Shown: in pieces, positions 61,483 through 64,000 of the stretch
Layout: each line of letters opens with the position of its first letter
Numbering within the stretch: position 1 is the first letter of the stretch
Assembly (NCBI GenBank): GCA_016929255.1
Contig: JAFGJH010000041.1
Location: 4,313-68,312, forward strand
From: Candidatus Woesearchaeota archaeon
GTDB lineage: Archaea > Nanobdellota > Nanobdellia > Woesearchaeales > UBA11576
Direction of reading: 5' to 3'
DNA: 64,000 bases
Notes under the pieces: model-generated
What the model was told of the DNA's origin: nothing
The model's input: only the letters and a program-made list of their open reading frames with translations
The model's database searches: none
Program-made: the position numbers and the translations under genes

Positions 61483-61731
61483 ATGCCAAAACAAAGGAAG
61501 CCCGCGAGAATCGCGCTCATAGGCACGACGCTCGAAGTCGTGAGCGCCAGAAACGCGACGCTCACAGGGCTCAGAGGCAGGGTAACAGACGAGACAAAGA
61601 GCACAATCAAGATACAGACGCAGAACGGAACCAAGACAATAGTCAAGGAACAGGTGACGGTCAAGGTCGGAGACAAGACAATCGACGGCAAAGACCTCCA
61701 AGGGAGAATTGAGGCGAGGATAAAGCAATAA
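61483..61731 (+). CDS. rnp1: RNase P protein component 1 (Rpp29/Pop4-like), short form
   Basis: LIGTTLEVVSARNATLTGLRGRVTDETKSTIKIQT Sm-like barrel pattern, plus the canonical position between uL29/SUI1 and uS17. Confidence 0.7.
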   Translation: MPKQRKPARIALIGTTLEVVSARNATLTGLRGRVTDETKSTIKIQTQNGTKTIVKEQVTVKVGDKTIDGKDLQGRIEARIKQ

Positions 61732-61804
61732 CAGGGAAAACGAACAACAAAATATCATAACAGGATTTCGACAGGATTTCAACAACACAATAATGGTGAA
61801 CTAA

Positions 61805-62227
61805 ATGGCCAGAACAAGGAAAGCGGGTTTTGACATCGAACCGCCAAAGGAGAGCTGCAAAGACAAGAACTGCCCTTTCCACGGGACGCTCAAGGTGAGG
61901 GGCAAGCAGTTCACAGGAAAGGTCGTGTCGGACAGGATGCAGCATTCCGTCATAGTCGAATGGCTGGGCTGGAGATACATCCCGAAATACGAGAGGTACA
62001 GGAAGACCAGGACCCGCATCATAGCGCACAGCCCGCCATGCATAAACCCTGCAGAAGGAGACATAGTCAAGATAGGGGAGTGCAGGCCTCTCAGCAAGAC
62101 AAAGAACTTCGTCGTGCTCAAGATAATCGGAAAGGTAGAGAAGTACAAGCTCGAGAAGGAAGCGCTCGAGGAAGGCAAGCGCAAGGAGAAGCCGAAGGAA
62201 ACATCCAGGGATGGGGTAGATAAGTAA
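61805..62227 (+). CDS. rps17: 30S ribosomal protein uS17
   Basis: CPFHGTLKVRGKQFTGKVVSDRMQHSVIVEW pattern and operon position. Confidence 0.9.
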   Translation: MARTRKAGFDIEPPKESCKDKNCPFHGTLKVRGKQFTGKVVSDRMQHSVIVEWLGWRYIPKYERYRKTRTRIIAHSPPCINPAEGDIVKIGECRPLSKTKNFVVLKIIGKVEKYKLEKEALEEGKRKEKPKETSRDGVDK

Positions 62228-62228
62228 A

Positions 62229-62630
62229 ATGCAGGCAAGAAAAGCAAGAGTGACAAGAGGACTGCTGGCAGGATCAGAGATACAGACCTGCGACAACTCA
62301 GGAGCCACCCTCATCAAGATAGTCTCGATCAAGAACATGAAGACAGCGAAGAAACGGGGCCCGGCATGCGGAGTGGGCGACCTCGTGCTCGCGGCAGTCA
62401 AGAAAGGCAAGCCCGAGATGAGGAAACAGGTGGTCTTCGCGGTCATAGTCAGGCAGAAGAGGGAATACAGGAGGCCTGACGGAATGAGGATATGCTTCGA
62501 GGACAACGCCGCAGTCGTGCTGAAGGACGACAAGGGGAACCCGAAAGGTACTATATTCAAGGGGCCCATAGCAAAGGAAGCGGCAGGCAGGTGGCCTGGC
62601 GTGGCGAAGGTAGCGAGCATAATAATATAA
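62229..62630 (+). CDS. rpl14: 50S ribosomal protein uL14
   Basis: IQTCDNSGA... and KGTIFKGPIAKE patterns, with operon position. Confidence 0.95.
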   Translation: MQARKARVTRGLLAGSEIQTCDNSGATLIKIVSIKNMKTAKKRGPACGVGDLVLAAVKKGKPEMRKQVVFAVIVRQKREYRRPDGMRICFEDNAAVVLKDDKGNPKGTIFKGPIAKEAAGRWPGVAKVASIII

Positions 62631-62676
62631 TCACGACCAATGACAGACCTGGAAAAAAGACCATAAAGGACGCAAA

Positions 62677-63102
62677 ATGAAAAACACGTTTTCAACAAGC
62701 TGGAAATCAAGCAAGAGGCCTGCAAAGCAGCGGAAGTACAGGCACAACGCTCCGCTGCACATCAAGCAGAAGTTACTCTCAGCCCACCTGTCAAAGGATC
62801 TGAGGAAGAGATACGGCAGGAGAAGCCTCCCGGTCGTGAAGGGCGACAAGGTGAAGGTGGCCCGAGGCCAGTTCAAGGGCAGGGAGAACAAGGTGGAGAG
62901 GACGGACCACAAGAAACTCCGCGTCTACATAACAGGCATAGAGAGGGCCAAGAAGGAAGGCTCAAAGTCAATGCAGCCCATAAACCCTTCAAATCTCATA
63001 ATCACCGAGCTCAACCTCGACGACAAGAAGAGGAAGGCATCATTGGAGAAGAGCAAGCCCTCGGCAAAGCCGAAGGCGCAGAAGCCCGAAGAGGGAAAAT
63101 AA
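62677..63102 (+). CDS. rpl24: 50S ribosomal protein uL24
   Basis: KOW motif VVKGDKVKVARGQFKGRENKV and operon position. Confidence 0.88.
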   Translation: MKNTFSTSWKSSKRPAKQRKYRHNAPLHIKQKLLSAHLSKDLRKRYGRRSLPVVKGDKVKVARGQFKGRENKVERTDHKKLRVYITGIERAKKEGSKSMQPINPSNLIITELNLDDKKRKASLEKSKPSAKPKAQKPEEGK

Positions 63103-63103
63103 A

Positions 63104-63817
63104 ATGGTCAAGAACCACATGAAAAGGATAGCAGCACCGCGCACATGGCGCATCAACAGGAAGGAGTCCAAGTACATAACCCGACCAAAGCCAGGCCCGC
63201 ACAAGCTGCAGCACGGCATGCCGCTCTCAGTGGTCATAAGGGAGCTCATCAAGTTCGCAAAGACAGCCAAGGACGCCAAACAGATACTGAACAGGAAGGA
63301 CGTCTTCGTCGACAAGAGGAAAAGGAGCGACGAGAGGTACCCTGTCGGCCTTATGGACATCATAGAGTTCCCGCAGCTCGAGGATTACTACAGGATCCTG
63401 CTAGACAGGAAAGGGAAGATAACTGCGGTCAAGGCCACCGCCAAGGAAGCAGCAACCAAGCTGTCAAGGATAGAGTCAAAGACCAAGGTCAGGGGCGGCA
63501 AGATGCAGCTAAACCTGTTCGACGGAAGGAACATAACCGTAGACAAGGACGACTACAAGGTCGGAGACACTGTCCAGCTGTCGCTGCCGGAACAGAAGAT
63601 ACAGGACCATCTCAAGTTTGAGAAAGGTGCCATGCTCCTGCTCATAGGAGGGAAGCACTCAGGAACCATGGCCAAGATGGAAGACATCAGCAAGGACAGG
63701 ATCACCATCAGGTCATCGAAGAACCAGAAGTTAGAGACGATGAAGAGGCACGCATTCGTCATAGGGAAAGACAAGCCAGCGCTTGACAGCATAAAACAGC
63801 TGACCGCAACAAAATGA
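63104..63817 (+). CDS. rps4e: 30S ribosomal protein eS4
   Basis: MKRIAAPRTWRINRKESKYITRPKPGPH N-terminus and operon position. Confidence 0.92.
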   Translation: MVKNHMKRIAAPRTWRINRKESKYITRPKPGPHKLQHGMPLSVVIRELIKFAKTAKDAKQILNRKDVFVDKRKRSDERYPVGLMDIIEFPQLEDYYRILLDRKGKITAVKATAKEAATKLSRIESKTKVRGGKMQLNLFDGRNITVDKDDYKVGDTVQLSLPEQKIQDHLKFEKGAMLLLIGGKHSGTMAKMEDISKDRITIRSSKNQKLETMKRHAFVIGKDKPALDSIKQLTATK

Positions 63818-63862
63818 TGAAATGATGGAACTATAAAAGGATGAAACAGGACAAATGCTAAT

Positions 63863-64000
63863 ATGAACAGTTCAACAGAGGTAAGGATTGCGAAGGTCAC
63901 CCTGAACATAGGCGCGGGGAAGAACACGGACAGGCTAGACAAAGGAGTGAAGCTGCTCGAGATGCTCACAGGCAAGAAGCCGGTCAAGACGATCACGAAC
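63863..64000 (+). CDS. rpl5: 50S ribosomal protein uL5 (5' partial, runs off window)
   Basis: My own translation from ATG 63863: MNSSTEVRIAKVTLNIGAGKNTDRLDKGVKLLEMLTGKKPVKTIT, with the expected operon position. Confidence 0.8.
   Translation, partial: MNSSTEVRIAKVTLNIGAGKNTDRLDKGVKLLEMLTGKKPVKTITN

Noticed and set aside
61661-62725. 354-aa minus-strand ORF across Rpp29/uS17/uL14.
   Set aside because: It is antisense to three unambiguous ribosomal-operon genes and gives a low-complexity, hydrophobic translation. It is an artefact of purine-rich sense codons.

Overview
The window is archaeal. It ends in the canonical archaeal ribosomal-protein operon (uL3-uL4-uL23-uL2-uS19-uL22-uS3-uL29-aSUI1-Rpp29-uS17-uL14-uL24-eS4-uL5). 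It also carries pelota, RFC small subunit, PCNA, PAN, Hef, archaeal-type TyrRS and CDP-archaeol synthase. Many genes have TATA-like boxes about 25-30 nt upstream of the start codon, which suggests leaderless mRNAs. A single-polypeptide PriS/PriL-type primase and the compact gene layout suggest a small-genome, DPANN-like lineage; this is inference only. I found no rRNA, tRNA or CRISPR array by eye.

Four accessory features stand out:
1. At least nine intergenic loci belong to one family of GC-rich mosaic repeats bounded by hairpins. Two of these loci are two-unit arrays.
2. A five-gene, same-strand cluster (8698-15606) encodes secreted or membrane proteins, including three paralogous Cys-rich lipoproteins.
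3. One operon encodes a 1893-aa beta-helix/N-glycosylation-rich surface protein, a 625-aa InhA-like/PGF-pre-PGF surface protein, and an unlisted 58-aa ribbon-helix-helix protein. A TATA-overlapping inverted repeat sits at its 5' end.
4. A 997-aa orphan protein has a degenerate plus an intact metallophosphoesterase module, and its locus is bracketed by repeat copies.

Metabolic points of interest are a bacterial-style pta/acs/ackA trio and a carS-pssA-psd-PAP2-like-DAGK-like lipid head-group operon that could serve lipid salvage.

All functional calls rest on motif recognition from the translations. No database search was possible.
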